Part shown: positions 35,616-49,327 of the stretch, piece after piece
Layout of the letters: each line of letters opens with the position of its first letter
Position numbering within the stretch: position 1 is the stretch's first letter
Source of the DNA: Lepidodermella squamata
Lineage: Eukaryota > Animalia > Gastrotricha
NCBI GenBank assembly: GCA_047495785.1
Contig: JBLDXI010000017.1
Coordinates: forward strand, 248,001-312,000
Length of the DNA stretch: 64,000 nucleotides
Direction of reading: 5' to 3'
Translations under genes and position numbers: made by a program
The notes under the pieces: generated by a model
Databases searched by the model: none
Told to the model about the DNA's origin: nothing
Seen by the model: the letters and a program-made list of their open reading frames with translations, nothing else

Positions 35616-36970
35616 TATAAAAAAATATCAGAGAAATGAATCACGACGTCGGTAACATATTTTCCGATAACAGATGCTGTATAAATTCTAGAAAAAAATG
35701 GAAAAAATTGCACGTATGGAACATGATATCTCAGATGAAGTGGAGGATCACTTGAGGACGTTCTATTGTGATTGCAATTGATAGGATATGTTTACGTTCC
35801 AGTGAAGAGGCCTCATCACGGTAGCGATGTCTGATCACGAAGTTAGGTTTACATAACAAGGTAAACAAGGATCGCCTCCTATAAGACTCTTGGAAATTGA
35901 AGGCCTCTTGACAAGAAAAAATCTAGCAATTCCAAATACCGAAAAATTAAAACTAGCACTCAAGCTGGCAAGATGAAAATCCTATAATATTTCGAGCGTT
36001 AGGAAATAGTCTTTCAATTCATGACATGTCCTATGCAATAAAACTCCAAAAAAATGAAGAAATAATCCGATTAGGAGCTCATTGATATTCATTTTTCCTT
36101 TTTCCGAAGAGCTTACTGTAGTAAATTAGAAAATGGCGATTTGTGTAGCCTTAGGTTGGGAAAAAATGCTTTTTTTGTTATGAGTGATTCCTATACATCC
36201 TAACTATGTATATTTAAGAGTAAGGATAGGGAGGTTAAGCGATTATAAATTATACGTGAGCCCTTGAGCAGCCGATCGACCGAGCGGGCGAACGAACAAA
36301 ACGTGATGTGTATTAATCATTAACTTGAGTGTAATATAGATTTTATCACTCTCAAGCCGCGCGCTTACATCTTTTAGGGTGGAGATGGTGAGTGGCCGCG
36401 TGAATTAGCGCGCGGGCGGGTGTGCGCGCAAACGCCTTGTTTTTCGGTTGTAAAAGTTTACGTTTTGCATAGCCGACGCTGCAAAGCCGAAACCGGTGGT
36501 AGTTCACGGCTATTTACGTTTCCTAGATAGTAGTTGCATGATCACACAAAGGATGAGAAGAAGTTTACGTAAATGCGTTAAAAATGCGCCGATACAAATG
36601 ATGATTGCTGAATGCTGATTAATCCAGCACTAAGAGCACTAGTCATTGTTGTTGAATTGCAATATATGTATAAGGAATTATATAGGAAACAAAATCCTAC
36701 ATCTCACACCTCATCGCAGCGTGATTATGCATCGAAAAGAACGCAACAAGCAGGGCATTTGTAATGAATTTTTAACGCTAAAATCACAGGCCACTTGCTT
36801 AGGTTTTTCGTACCTGGTATTGACCTAGACCGGTAATCGGTACGGAATTCTAGGCATCTGGTGTGGATCAATTATAAAAGACCAACTTTACCGACGCCAG
36901 CGCGTCCTTAGCAACCAAAATCCGTTACCAAGGAGCGTTGAAATTAATTGACCTAATTGAAAATCGAAAA

Positions 36971-36999
36971 GAAAGGAAAGGAAAGGAAAGGAAAGGAAA
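36971..36999. repeat. (GAAAG)n microsatellite
   Basis: About six direct copies. Confidence 0.85.
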
Positions 37000-39962
37000 A
37001 TAGAAATTCCTAACCAATGAACAATTCTCTTTGCGGAAAAAACCATAATCCAAACATTGAAAAGACTAAAGATTACCAAGGACTAGGGTTATAAGTACTC
37101 CTGTAAAAAAATTAGGTTACACCACTCAGCATAAATCGCACCCAAAAATCGCAAGTTTTATCCAACTAAATCCTTAAGCCAATAAAGACTCGCACAAGTG
37201 CATGGGGATTTTAGCTACCACATTCTTGAGTAAAAAATAATTCCTCTGCTTTATCGCACGTCCAGCTGTATTCGCCCTAGGCGGGCGCAAATTGTCTATA
37301 AAAGAATCTACTATAAAAGAAAAGTGATATGCGCGTATAAAATAAATGTGGCGAAATCAATATATTGCATTTAGATTGGACACGCCCTAGAGGGCTATCG
37401 GATAAATATCAGCGGTCCGTTATTGTTGACAAGAGACATAAATCCAGCGGGCGTGTCGCGATACGCTCCAGTGAACTCTGTTTTTTCGTCACTTTTCTAG
37501 GGCGAAAATTGTAAATAAAAACAAAAAATAATATTTCCCATTTAGATGTTTCGGGAAAATACGCTCGGCTGCGATCAATGCGATACTTTATAAGTGTAAA
37601 TATCTCTAATAGGCGCAATGATACACCATCGATTAAGGCTGTACGTAAAAATCGATCGTTTGGTAAATATACACCTCGGGTTTTTGTTGAAGCGGGCGCG
37701 AAAAATAATAATCATAACAAAGTGGCCACCCTGTTTGGCGTAGTAATAAAATCACGCAGCGTGGCAAAAATGATGTTGTTAAAATATTTGTGTATAAAAA
37801 TATAATTCGATGCGCGCAAATGCGAATTTTAAGGCGGCGCGCGCAATAATGACCCGTGAGGCGTGCGCGCGATTTATATTATACATCATATTACAATGCA
37901 ATAACGCGCGGTGATAACGCCTTTTGAACACGAGTAACTGCGGCGTAATATATTTATTTATTATTATTATTATTATTATAGCTATATAACTGTTGTGTAG
38001 CAGTGATAATAAAAGCGAGGCGCGACCCGCCTGGTGGTATCTATCGTCACTTGGCCGGGCGCCCGCTACGCCTTGACTTGTTTCAGGCTACGCGCAGTGC
38101 TCGGATCTTGAGAAAATCTAATAAGTACGCGGCTGGGCGGTGATAGACAAGCGACTTGAAAAGTAGCGCGCCGCCATCGCCCAATCACTGCCTACTATTC
38201 GTTTTAATGAACTGAACCCGGCCCGGTCGCGCCACATGTGCACCGATTAAGAAGCGCTGATAACGCGCTTGTTAGACTCGCGGGCTATTTTATTACGGCC
38301 TAATAATAGCGCGAGGCGATAATCACATAGCTGGGCGCTAAATAAGTACCAACTAGTAGCGGGTGCGATCGACCAAAAATTTCCGCACTCAATTTAACAG
38401 GGCTAAATCGAGAAAATCTAGAAAATGCCCTAAATCTGAAAAAATTTCGAATTTTGGGAGAAATTTGGCTGAACATCAAAAATAAAAAAATTGCTCAAAA
38501 TGTCCTCAGTCGCCCGTAAAACACGAAAAATTGAAAAATTTACATTTCTAAAAATTAAGGCGGAAATTGAAAAAATTTCACAAGTGTGACGCGAAAATTC
38601 ATGCGGTCTGTAATTTGATCGAAGCTATGCGTGTTAATTAAGTCAGCTATAAATGTAATAAAAGCAATTACAACATGAGCTTAAAATTGTGTGTTTGTTT
38701 TCGGTTCGTAATATATTAATCTAAATAATACAGAAAAAATATTATTACGATTTTTCAATTTATTTTACTGGCGGCGGTGAGGCGGCCGAAATTTCACGCG
38801 CAGAACATGCCTCTTTGCGCGTGTGTAATAACATTAAGGCGTACTTTGAGCGCGTTAATTTTGCTAGTCGCGAAAAATAAAGAGTGTGTGTTTAAAAAGC
38901 GCGAAAATTATAACAAGAGCGCAACGCAAAACAAGATGCGCATTTTGCAGCCGCCGAGGCGTTTTATCAAGTCCTATAAATTTTTCATTTTAAAAGAACA
39001 ACTTGACACTTGTCGCGCATCAAGTTCATATAATCTCGCGGTCAAATAAATTAAGAATATAATAGCGCTATTGTGCGCGCAAAAAAGTTGAAAGAGTAAT
39101 AAAAATGAGAAAAAAATGCAATAATTTTCCTACTCGAGAATTTTTCGGAAATATAGTTCCATCGGAATATAAAATCCTACTCGGCTGAATGATGAAAGAT
39201 AATAAAATGCGGCGGGAAAATCGGCTAGGCGTGTAAATGCATGAGCAATTGTTGTTTTTATGAAAAATGCAAATTATCCTATCGCATCGCAGGTAAACAG
39301 AGATCCTATAATACGAGATTGTACACATGCCAGATGACACCAAGAGGACACGCGAGTCTTAGCTAGAGAAATTAACTATGCGCGCGATTAGCCGTTATAT
39401 GAACACCTGTTTTATTAGGGCACCTAGAGGCTGTTATTATTATAACTTATAAGTATATATAGGGACGAAAAGGCCAATTTACATACTATCAAAGACGAAA
39501 GGCACGCGCGCTTCAGGTTCCGCGCTCAGGCGGTTAATTCAGGACCCACGCGAGCCAATTTTCTTATTATAAGGATGGGTATATAAAAATATAGTATTTA
39601 CTTGTACCACCTTAACATATTAGCCAGCTCGCATAACTTGTAACATGTGTACACACTATACAGCCCGCGCATCTTTTATCAGTATACACATTTTCGCGTA
39701 CCAGGTATTTAGTTAAAACAAATACAACATATGGCCTTTTCAGATATACGTATATATATATATAGGGTTTTATATAGGATGATATCTGAGCCTAGGCTAT
39801 AATACCATGTATATAAAAATAGCAACAAACATTTTGCAGGTATTTCGTTATAATATGCTGCCGTTGTCTGCCAATTAACATTTTTACCATGACGTTTTTA
39901 TGCCTCGTTTCGCCTCGTCTAGGAAACGCCGGGCGCACACAAGTGTGTTTGTAAAACATAGC

Positions 39963-39993
39963 CATAGACAATGATGGTACATCATTGTCTATG
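39963..39993 (+). mobile_element. 31-bp P-element-type excision footprint with 8-bp TSD (AACATAGC)
   Basis: CATAGACAATGATGGTACATCATTGTCTATG flanked by repeats at 39955-39962 and 39994-40001; exact reverse complement of 2006-2036. Confidence 0.9.
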
Positions 39994-40920
39994 AACATAG
40001 CCAATGATTGTTATTACACCGAGCTGAGATGAGACTCGTCTCGTTTTCCGTCGCGCGGGCGCGCTCTCCGAAACCGGGCCATCCACCGCGCCTTTTAACG
40101 TCAAAATTGCGTATAATAGCCGGCTCTTCTTTCTACTTCGGTCTCGCTATCCATGACGGCTATTTTCGCGACTGCTCGCAATCAAGTGTGTTAAAATGCG
40201 CCGTTAATTACCCTGTAATTAATTAATATAGAGTGCGATTTTTTATAATCGCGCGCGCAATAAACAAAAATCAGCGAAGCGTGGAAAAATAATAAGGTGG
40301 ATGCGTAAATAATAAAAAAGAAATATAGGTGTAATACCTATTTTTTTATTTCCTTTCATATAAGCCGCGCACCGCACTTCTCTCACGCCGCCGCAATATT
40401 TGTCCATTTACACTTTACTTTATAAAAGCTAATGATGATTGTGTTTACAAACGCTTCCAAGGTGTCTGCTATGATGAGTCATCATTGTAATGGCGCTGAC
40501 GCAGCTGATGAACAAGTGGCGCGGATTTTTCTTCTTCCTTCTCACCATAACACTCGAGGTGAAAATTGGGCCAACGCTCTTTACGTACCTTACCCTCTTT
40601 ACCTGAGCACACATCCTTGTGATGAATGCCAAAATCCGGACCGTAAAGCTGTGACAACTCGTCTTGTGAGTTATTTTTTGTTGCTGGCGCAAACAGCCGC
40701 TAAAAATACTAAAGAAAAAGCAAAATCTGCAAGTGCACTGGTTAAAACTCCAGAATGATCTCAATAAAGGTTGCCGAGCTTTTTATCTCAATTGCTGCAC
40801 TATAATGTTTATATTCATCGGTAAAATCAAATCAAATTCAGGCCTTGAGACAATGAGTGGTGCTGAGATCACGTTGGAAATCTTACAGCCAGGCTACAAA
40901 AATCAAAGGCACTGTTGTGA

Positions 40921-41661
40921 TTATAGTTTGTCTTTCAGAGAGGTTCCTTTCTCTTTTTCTTTCCCTTCATCGTGTGCAGCACGAGGTGTCGGTTCGCATA
41001 AATATTGCTTGAAAGGCTTGAAGAACAAATTGCCCACGAGAAGACCGAAGGATACATAGGGCGTGCTCAATCGCCCTCTTTTGTATGCAACAGCGGAGCC
41101 AAGCTTCAGGAGTAACCAAAATGCCTCGCACCAGTACTCTCTGCCATAGTTCTTCCTGTGAATTCAAAAATAAAACCAATATGGCGTAAAACTTGAGCGC
41201 AGTTCAACTGACAAATTTCCGAGGTTCTGGATACTTGTGTACAAGTCTTTGAGGGTTAGCACATAAAGGCCGCCGTAAAGTGCATTGCCGAATAATTTTT
41301 GCCCACTAGGGATGCTTTCTATTAGACCATCACAGAATCCTTTCGGGACTTCTTTAGCTGCATCGTGAAAGTACTGCGCGCCAAACTGGTCCCTGATGTT
41401 GAAAGTTCAAAGCCAATATGCTAATGGTGGTGGCAAAACAAACTTGGCATGATCAATAATCCCAGTTGCAATCTTATCGGCCTCTCCAGGAGTTGTTTTC
41501 CAGAATGATGCGATCGTATCGCTGCAAAGGAAGTAAAATCTCAACACGAAGAAGGATTTCCCTTCATTGACTAACCTTAGGAATTTTTTGATATCGGCCC
41601 ATCTTTCAGTCAAAAGGTTATTCAAGTCTTTGACTGTGTTTTTCCCAGCGTCTTCAAGCAT
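40921..41661 (-). pseudogene. Unidentified coding-like sequence with an in-frame TGA
   Basis: Frame continues ~80 codons past the TGA at 41409-41407 (AYWL*TFNIRDQFGAQYFHDAAKE...); plausible short introns; no recognisable family. Confidence 0.35.
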
Positions 41662-41761
41662 GGTGGAATTTTGTATTGGAATGCAGCTGGCTGTAAAGCA
41701 ATATTCAGCTCTGAACTAATATACTATTCCTATACTATTGTATGGTCACATTGATTATGAG

Positions 41762-43575
41762 CATAGACAATGATGGTACAGATCGGACACTCACGCACTT
41801 CGCATTGAAACACTAATTATGCGTGGATCGGCCATTATAAATCCGGCCGAAAAGTCGTTGTTCTCCTAAATTCTTGAAAAAAATATCGAAAAATCGGGCA
41901 TTTTTTTACGGTAATAATGATCCAAGTCCCGTAGTGCGGTTCGATTTCGTTGCCGAGAAAATCAATATCGAAAAATCGATTACTCACACTCTGTATTGTT
42001 GTGTTGCGTCATCGCGTGCCATGCTCACTCGATAAAAATAAGCATTCGAAAAATGTAAAGTTGTTGTGTGCATGTGTCATTAAAGTCAGCACTTCAGAGG
42101 AAATTTTTAAGGAGGATTTCTTGAAATCTATTTCCTACCCATTTTTATTGAGTTTCATTTGTATAATGGCGACGATAGCAGCCAAAAGGTGAGTGATGAT
42201 CCTCCTTAAATTGTGCTCATTTTTATTTTTTTCCAAAATATTGAAACCGATAAAAATATTTAGTATAGGCTGCAAAATTGTGAAAGAAATTTTGTTGTAG
42301 GTTTTATTATAAATCTATGAAACAAAATCTCATTTATTGGAAAATAATTCGAAAATTGATTTAATTCAATTTAAAATTTAAAAATTGATTTTTCCATAAT
42401 TTTTTTGAATTTTTCGATATTTTTTTATTCAGACCAAGGTTGATTTTGCCTCGATAATTGAGACTTGAATTATATGGAGATTTGTTCTTAACAACTTTAT
42501 TTTATTCTAGGTTGCTGAGCTTCATGATTTAACTGAATGGGACGAAATTGAAGCTGAAGACGAGTTACTGCAAAGAGGAATGGAGTACGAAGCAACGCTC
42601 CCCCTAATTGGGGAAGAAATTATTGCCAACATTGGTGGATTTTGCGTCAAAAAACTTCTAACTGACAAGCTGAAATGCCCCGGCTGTATCGATTCCCTGA
42701 CACGCGATTTCCTTCTGACTCCATGCCGTGTGATAAAGGGCTTCAGTTTTCGAAAACAAGACGGAAAATTATGGTAATAAACATTTTGCTTGGAATTCGT
42801 TATCTAAAAGTTGTACGATTTCAGTCTCACTCGCCCGTCATTGACGGTATATCGAATCGTGAAATCCGTCCGGTCGATCATACGTGAAAATCTGGACTAT
42901 TACCTAAGGACTTCACTACCCATCGTTGCCGTGCAAAGAACGCTTTTTTACGCGGCTTGTGCCAGGCCGGTGCTTCTTGACGGCCTATGCCAAGAATTCG
43001 ACGCCGGTGCTGCGCCACACTCTCATCAACTCTTCAAATCGATTGTCGCTGTTGCGGCTGGAACTTTCCTTCGCCATGAGCTCAAAATGCGGCAGGTGGC
43101 TATGAAGCAACCGACGAAAAGCCGTAAAGCGGCTCAAAACCAAAACATGTGAATGAAAAATGAAAAACGCTTCAATTTTTTTCTATTTTGATATCTATCT
43201 ACTATTTTTCGATCGACTTAAATTAAAGCTGAAAAATTGCAATAAAAATGGAGTGTGCCACAGATGTTCGTTTTTCGTAACAATCAAATTTTGAGTGGCG
43301 CTAAAAAAAACTTGAAAATAGACTTAACAACTGACAAAAATCGCTACAATCTTTTTTCCTAATTTAAAAATCATAGGGAAGGAACCGCACCTCGAAGTTT
43401 GCATCACTAGCATCCTTGAAAGATGAGGAATTTTTAGGTCCAAGTTTCAAAAAATTCCGAGGCCTACGACTATTTTCACCTTTTAAATCAATGCATTTAA
43501 ATTAGTGTGCAAATTTATGGTTTAGCGTAAACAGGCAAGTGCGTGAGTGTCCGATCTGTTACATCATTGTCTATG
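41762..43575 (+). mobile_element. Internally deleted P-element/THAP9-family DNA transposon
   Basis: 39-bp TIRs (CATAGACAATGATG..ACAGATCGGACACTCACGCACTT, 2 mismatches), 8-bp TSD ATTATGAG; exons 42511-42773 and 42825-43152 encode IANIGGFCVKKL..KCPGC...LTRPSLTVYRIV, resembling P/THAP9 transposase C-termini; no THAP or catalytic region seen. Confidence 0.85.
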
Positions 43576-45609
43576 ATTATGAGGCTTTGCGTGGTGAAAA
43601 ACATGAATCATCAAGCCTTATCAATTAGCAAACCACGGCACTAATTTCCAATAGCAAGCAGACTTCTTGTCTGTTGACACTGTAACAGGCTCACCATTCT
43701 CAAAACTGCTTATCATGATAACAGAAGCGACGACCTATCTTTACGGTGGAAGCATTACTCATGACGCAATTTTTGGGAACTTGGTCGACGAAATGGCCTA
43801 GGATGATTTGGTTACAGTCGAGTTGGCATGAGATCGATAGGTATTGGGATATTGGCACATTGGCAACTGAATGGCGCTACTAGCACAGATGATGTTGTTT
43901 TTTGGGAAACAAAAATGGGAAACAAGTGACAAAACAGCAGCTTTTACGGATGAAACAATTGAGGCGTGGCGCAAACTTCAAAACTTAATGCGCTTCTTTG
44001 AAGCAAAACGGATGACAACATTCCTGCGCAATAAATATGAAGACAATAATGACATCGATAGGCGACAATGTTGACACGGTTTCGATTCTCAGTGAAAGCA
44101 CGTCTCGCCTAACATTGGCTTATTTCAGTCAAACGAAACCAAGCAGGAAAAGCTTTGATAAGTTTTCAGTGCACATTGCCTTAAAAAGCCGAGACACAAT
44201 GTAATTTCAATTGTGACTCATCGGACCATGAAATGCGTCCGCGTTTTCCTAAAAAGAATCGCTTCCGTCCGCTTTGTTTAATCAGGAAGCGACAACTTGA
44301 TTAAAAGTAAAACCATTTCCCGGCTTGAGGTGACACTTTGTCTCAAGAGGTCCCAGCTTTTTACGCTTCTATAGTAAAAACGCATAACCTGGACATCGAG
44401 CTTCAATCTGCGATCCGCATATTTAATATTGCGCAGTTTTTTCCCCAGTTGCGCGTTGGTCTTTTAACGGCGTTTTTTGTTAAACACCCCACGCACTTCC
44501 GCCACTCAACAATCGCTTTTTTACGGCGTAGTTTTTCCTCATTACAAAAAATGGCTGGTCTTTTTTTGCCAAATTTATTACCATTTTTTTTATGAGACTA
44601 TAGCCTATCTTCTGCGATGTCGTAGGTCCACGATATATAGCAGCTATATGTGCAATATATTGTCAACAATGTGAATGAAATGCCGGAGAGCAAACTTCCT
44701 ATGCACATGAGTTTACATCGTATATACGCGAGTATATAGCCAATAAAAATCCATAATGTTATCCTACTACGATATATGCGATTAGGCGCATTCAACAAGC
44801 GTTGTACGAAACACAACTGCGAAATTGAGTGATCGATATCTAAGCACATATTCTATGTGTGTGTGCGTGTTTCTACAGCAGTATATAGCCATTCGTAATA
44901 TTATATATTTTTATATATAAAAAGGCTAAAAACTATCCGCTAGTCTGATCGAGGTTTATTTTTTATGCACTCTGCCTCGTATCGCCTTGCTACATTAATT
45001 TTCGCTGCTACGGCTACAACGACTCTTCTACTGATAGAAAACATCACAAATCGTAACCAAAACATCCTTGTTTCTGCCAAAAAGCCCGCAGTTTCACGTT
45101 ATCAGGGCTCAATTTAGATGAATTCAGTATTGAGCCATATTCTTCAATGAATGGGCATTTTATCCCCTGGCAAACTTCATCCCTAATCAATGGCTATAAC
45201 GGCTCTTGATCGCCTATAATTTAAGCAGCAATCCTCCATTTTTTATGAATGCGTGAATCGTATTGCCGATGCAGAAAGCTTTTGCCTTTAATTAAAAGGA
45301 AACTGTAGGCGCGATACACGGCAGGGAGAAAAAAATCCCTCGCGATTGATTTTGCGTATATAGAGCAAACAATTTTTCTAGCATCATCAAAGTTCTTATT
45401 TTCGCATATATTATGACCATGAACCAAAAAATGCGTTATCTCCAGAGTTTTGAAGCTAGATTTGTCATTTTCTAGGTCCTTTTCTGATTTTATTTTAAAA
45501 ATTCATGGATGCGAATACAAGAGCTGATCCTCTCGGCTTTTAAAGGCCGAAAAAAGTAAGGAAATTGACCTCGAGATGTGCTTTATAAACTACTTGATTT
45601 CACAGGAAA

Positions 45610-47771
45610 ATGGGGAACAATGCCAGTCAGCGGCAACGCAAGATCTCCGCAGCTCCGCAGAGCAGCAGTTCCTCAAAAACCAACCTAGTACCATCTGCCT
45701 CATTCGAAAGCGTCGCCATTCCATCCGGACATCGGCCGCCCTTTGTAAAACAGTCCAGCAACATCAGTGGAAGTAGTGATGAGCAGAATAAGAAGCCGTC
45801 ACCAAAGCTGAATCAAAAGAAGGCTTTCAATCAAAATGGCAGTACAAACGGCACGCCTGATGAAGCTTCGATAACTAAGCAGCCGTTCGCGTTTCGAGCT
45901 GTGGCGATGAACCCCGGTGATCACGCTATGGTTGTCAATATGTTAGAATTACGGAGATTACTAACTCGGCCTGATGTTCGTGATAAACCTGTTGTGGTGC
46001 TTTCTATAGCCGGACTAGTCCGGCGAGGCAAGTCGTTTCTGTTAAATTTCCTGGTAAGATACCTCGAACTGCAGTCAAGTCCGAAATTCCTGATGAGGAA
46101 CAGCAATAAGTCCTGGCTTAACACCGAACCCCTTCAAAGCACATCCAGTCTCAATCCTATCAAGCATTTAGGCCAGCAACAGCAGAACTTGCAATGGCTC
46201 AGGGACACCTCGTCAGATGCTAATAACGCCCTGGCAACAAATAGCATCTACATGTGGAGCAAGCCGTACTTTCGCCAAATCCCAGGCGTTGGTGAAGTTG
46301 TGATTCTGTTAATTGATGCTCAGACTTCTTCGTTCGAGTGTGCGCAAACTGCGAAGGACTGTGCAACTATTGTAGCTATGTCGACCATGTTAAGCTCGGT
46401 GCAAATTTTCAACGTTCAGAGTTCCATTGAAGAGAACGATTTGCAGCATCTGCAAATGTTCCTTGAATATGGCAGAAATGTGCTACAAGAAAACCGCTAT
46501 TCCAAGCCTTTCCAGGTAAGCTCATCCTAACATTGAATGTCATTTGGTCACCTGTTTTTTAATAGAATCTTGTCTTTCTCGTTCGTGACTGGTCTCGCCC
46601 TTATGAGTTCTCTTACGGTTTCGAAGGAGGGGAGCGCTATCTTTCCTATCTTCGCAATGGCGGAAGCTCACAGAATATTATAAGCGGTGGGCCAGATCCT
46701 TTCAGCTTGCCAAAGAATCTTGAGAATGGATCGATAAATGGTATTCTAACACGTCGCCACGTTGACTTGGAACGCATCTGGCAGCGTATTGACGATTGTT
46801 TCGAAACAGTTTCTTGTTTCCTCATGCCTCACCCTGGCACGGCTGTTGCGACAAGCGAGAAGTATACTGGACCAATGAAGCATATCGATCATTCTTTCCT
46901 AGATGGAATGCGGCAATTTGTTCCGAAAATTTTGAATGACGACAGTTTAGCGCTGAAGACTATAAACTCAAACCCGGTTACTTGTGCGAATCTGTTCAAT
47001 TTTTTGAAAATTTACGCTGAAACGTTGCAATCGAATGGTTTGCCGGCAATTCCTGATTCCCTAGTCACATCTGCGGCTCATTTGCATTACTGGTCGATTT
47101 TTGATGCTGCTAAAACGAGTTACGAGGAGGAGATGGAGAAATTTGTTGATTCAGCTGGTGAAATTTCGATGGACCAATTGCGGAGCGAACACATCCGGTG
47201 CACTAACGAAGCTGCTAAATCTTTGACGAGGTGAGACATTTAGAAAGCCTATAAGAAATATGTTAAAGTTTACTCTCTGTGTAGTGATAAGTATTTGATT
47301 GATGATGAGGAGCTTCAAGAGCTTTACCGGAGGAGGCTGACTAAATTCACTCGAAAGCGTTTGGAGCACTACACAAAACTGGTAGAAACGAAGAATGAGA
47401 CGTTGAATAGGTAGTTCTTCCAAGTTATTTCCCCTGCCAGTGTATTAAGATGTTTCTTTATTTTTCAGCAGTGGCAGTCATCTTGTTGCATCAATCTTGG
47501 CTGAAATCGCTAATTACTTAAAATCGAGCTCGAACCAAATTAACGCATCCTTACCGTCTTTCGTACGCAATCGTCGTACATTGGCAAGATTGGCGAATTT
47601 CCTGACTTTCTGCGCCATGCTTTGCGTAGCTGTGGCGATAATTGCCATAATTGGTAATCACAAGATCATTTAAATAATTTGTGAATTTAACCACTGTATT
47701 CTTCAGGACTTCCTGTTCTGGTCAGCGTTTTACTCGGCGGGGCGCTATATTACTTCAGCAAACGATCGTGA
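45610..47771 (+). CDS. Atlastin-like (GB1/RHD3) GTPase; exons 45610-46515, 46566-47230, 47285-47410, 47469-47653, 47707-47771
   Basis: VVVLSIAGLVRRGKSFLLNF, STMLSSVQIFN, DLQHLQMFLEYGR, KPFQ|NLVFLVRDWSRPYEFSYG, CFLMPHPG; C-terminal TM hairpin. Confidence 0.88.
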
Positions 47772-48167
47772 AAGATCTGCGGGAAAATAATCGGTCATTT
47801 GCTTTTGCTACTACCTACAACCCATTCAATTTTTCAATAACACAAACGGTTCATTATTTCAACTTCTCATTATTTATAATCAATTTTTTATGAAATTTTC
47901 CGATAATGGTATATGAATTTATATTGTAATAACGCCACTTTTTGATCTCTGCAGCTTCATCAATAAAACACTGGAACTCAAGATGAGCTAAAAAAAGATT
48001 CATGAGGACCCTCATAGGGCTGTAAGATCGCAAGACTCATTTATTGCCGATCATTCTAAGGACCTTGAGATCATGTTCTGAAACTATTGAATACCGATAA
48101 GCTTTATCGATCATTTCATAATAGACATTTCAAGTGTATTGTTTATGTAACTAATTCGAGCTGCGAA

Positions 48168-48942
48168 TCAGTAGTAGCCATAGCGAAGAAACCCCAGGCC
48201 ATTTCCAAATCCTACAAAAAACAGTTATTCATATTCCTAATAGTCTTCATAGAGAAAATTACCGCCAAAACCATTGCCGTAGCCATAGCCGTTGCCATAG
48301 TTGTAGGGAGTGTAGCCGTAGATTCCGGGAAAGCCGAAGCGTTGTTGAAATCCATTTTGAGCAGCGTTGTGCTGGGCATGTTGAGCTCCGAAGTTAGCCC
48401 CGAACGCGTTCCCGCCGAAATGATTTCCCGCACCCTGAGAACCAGCGCCATGCGTTCCAGTCGCAAGTGAGGCCTGAGCTCCCTGAGCACCATTAGCGGC
48501 GCCATGACGCACGCCAGAATCAAATTTACCAGCAGCTGAAGATGCATCGTCTGAAGTTTTTGAAGAAACTGCTAAGACGTGAGCAGCGTGGTTGTAACGG
48601 CCTGCGCTTTGACTCGCGTCGGCATGTTGACGGCCTGCGCCATGTTCCTTCGCAAAATGTGAGCCTTGGGAGCCCTGGGCACCTGCAGAGCCAGCAGCTC
48701 CTTGGTGAGCTGCATGCCCTGATGCGCCTGCATTAGCCGCTTGGTGAGCAGCGCCCCCTTGCGATCCGTGAATTCCATGAGCAGCAGCTGTGTGTGCGCT
48801 CCCGCCTAACCCAAATAGACCACCCCAGGTCCATGCTGAAAGATATTCAAAGAAATAAACAAGTATTTCTTTCTCTTACGACTTCTTTACCATTTGAGCA
48901 GGCAATCAAAGCAAAGAGAATGCAAGCTGAGTACGAATGCAT
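48168..48942 (-). CDS. Secreted Gly/Ala/His-rich protein, paralog of 10960-11613; exons 48942-48891, 48835-~48263, ~48211-48168
   Basis: Signal MHSYSACILFALIACSNA with the same 52-nt first exon and phase-1 intron; ends GLGFLRYGYY*. Confidence 0.75.
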
Positions 48943-49327
48943 CGCTGGAACAAAATATTTAGACCAAAACTGAATTTAAAAAATGTGCCCCAGTGCTTCA
49001 TCTTAAATATTCACGCAGCGAGCCGTCCCAAAACATGTTTTCATGAGCTGTGTCCATTTTTCTCACGAATCGTTTGAACTGACCAGCTGACGTCAGATCG
49101 TGCATACCTACTTGTACCTTGCACTCAACTCAACAACATCCTTAATTTCCACTTCGGTCTGGTATTTATTAATCAGCAATCATCATTCAGCTGAAGCTAT
49201 GCTATGAGCTATGAGCTATAAATGAGGCAAGATTACTCAGAATTGATTCCACACATGCATCACGAAACTGGAAGAAATCGCAAGGTGAATGAAAGCTCTG
49301 TAAGCGGCCTCGGATTAGGGAGTAATA

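Noticed and set aside
43600-44850. Short ORFs right of the transposon
   Set aside because: No coherent gene model or recognisable domain
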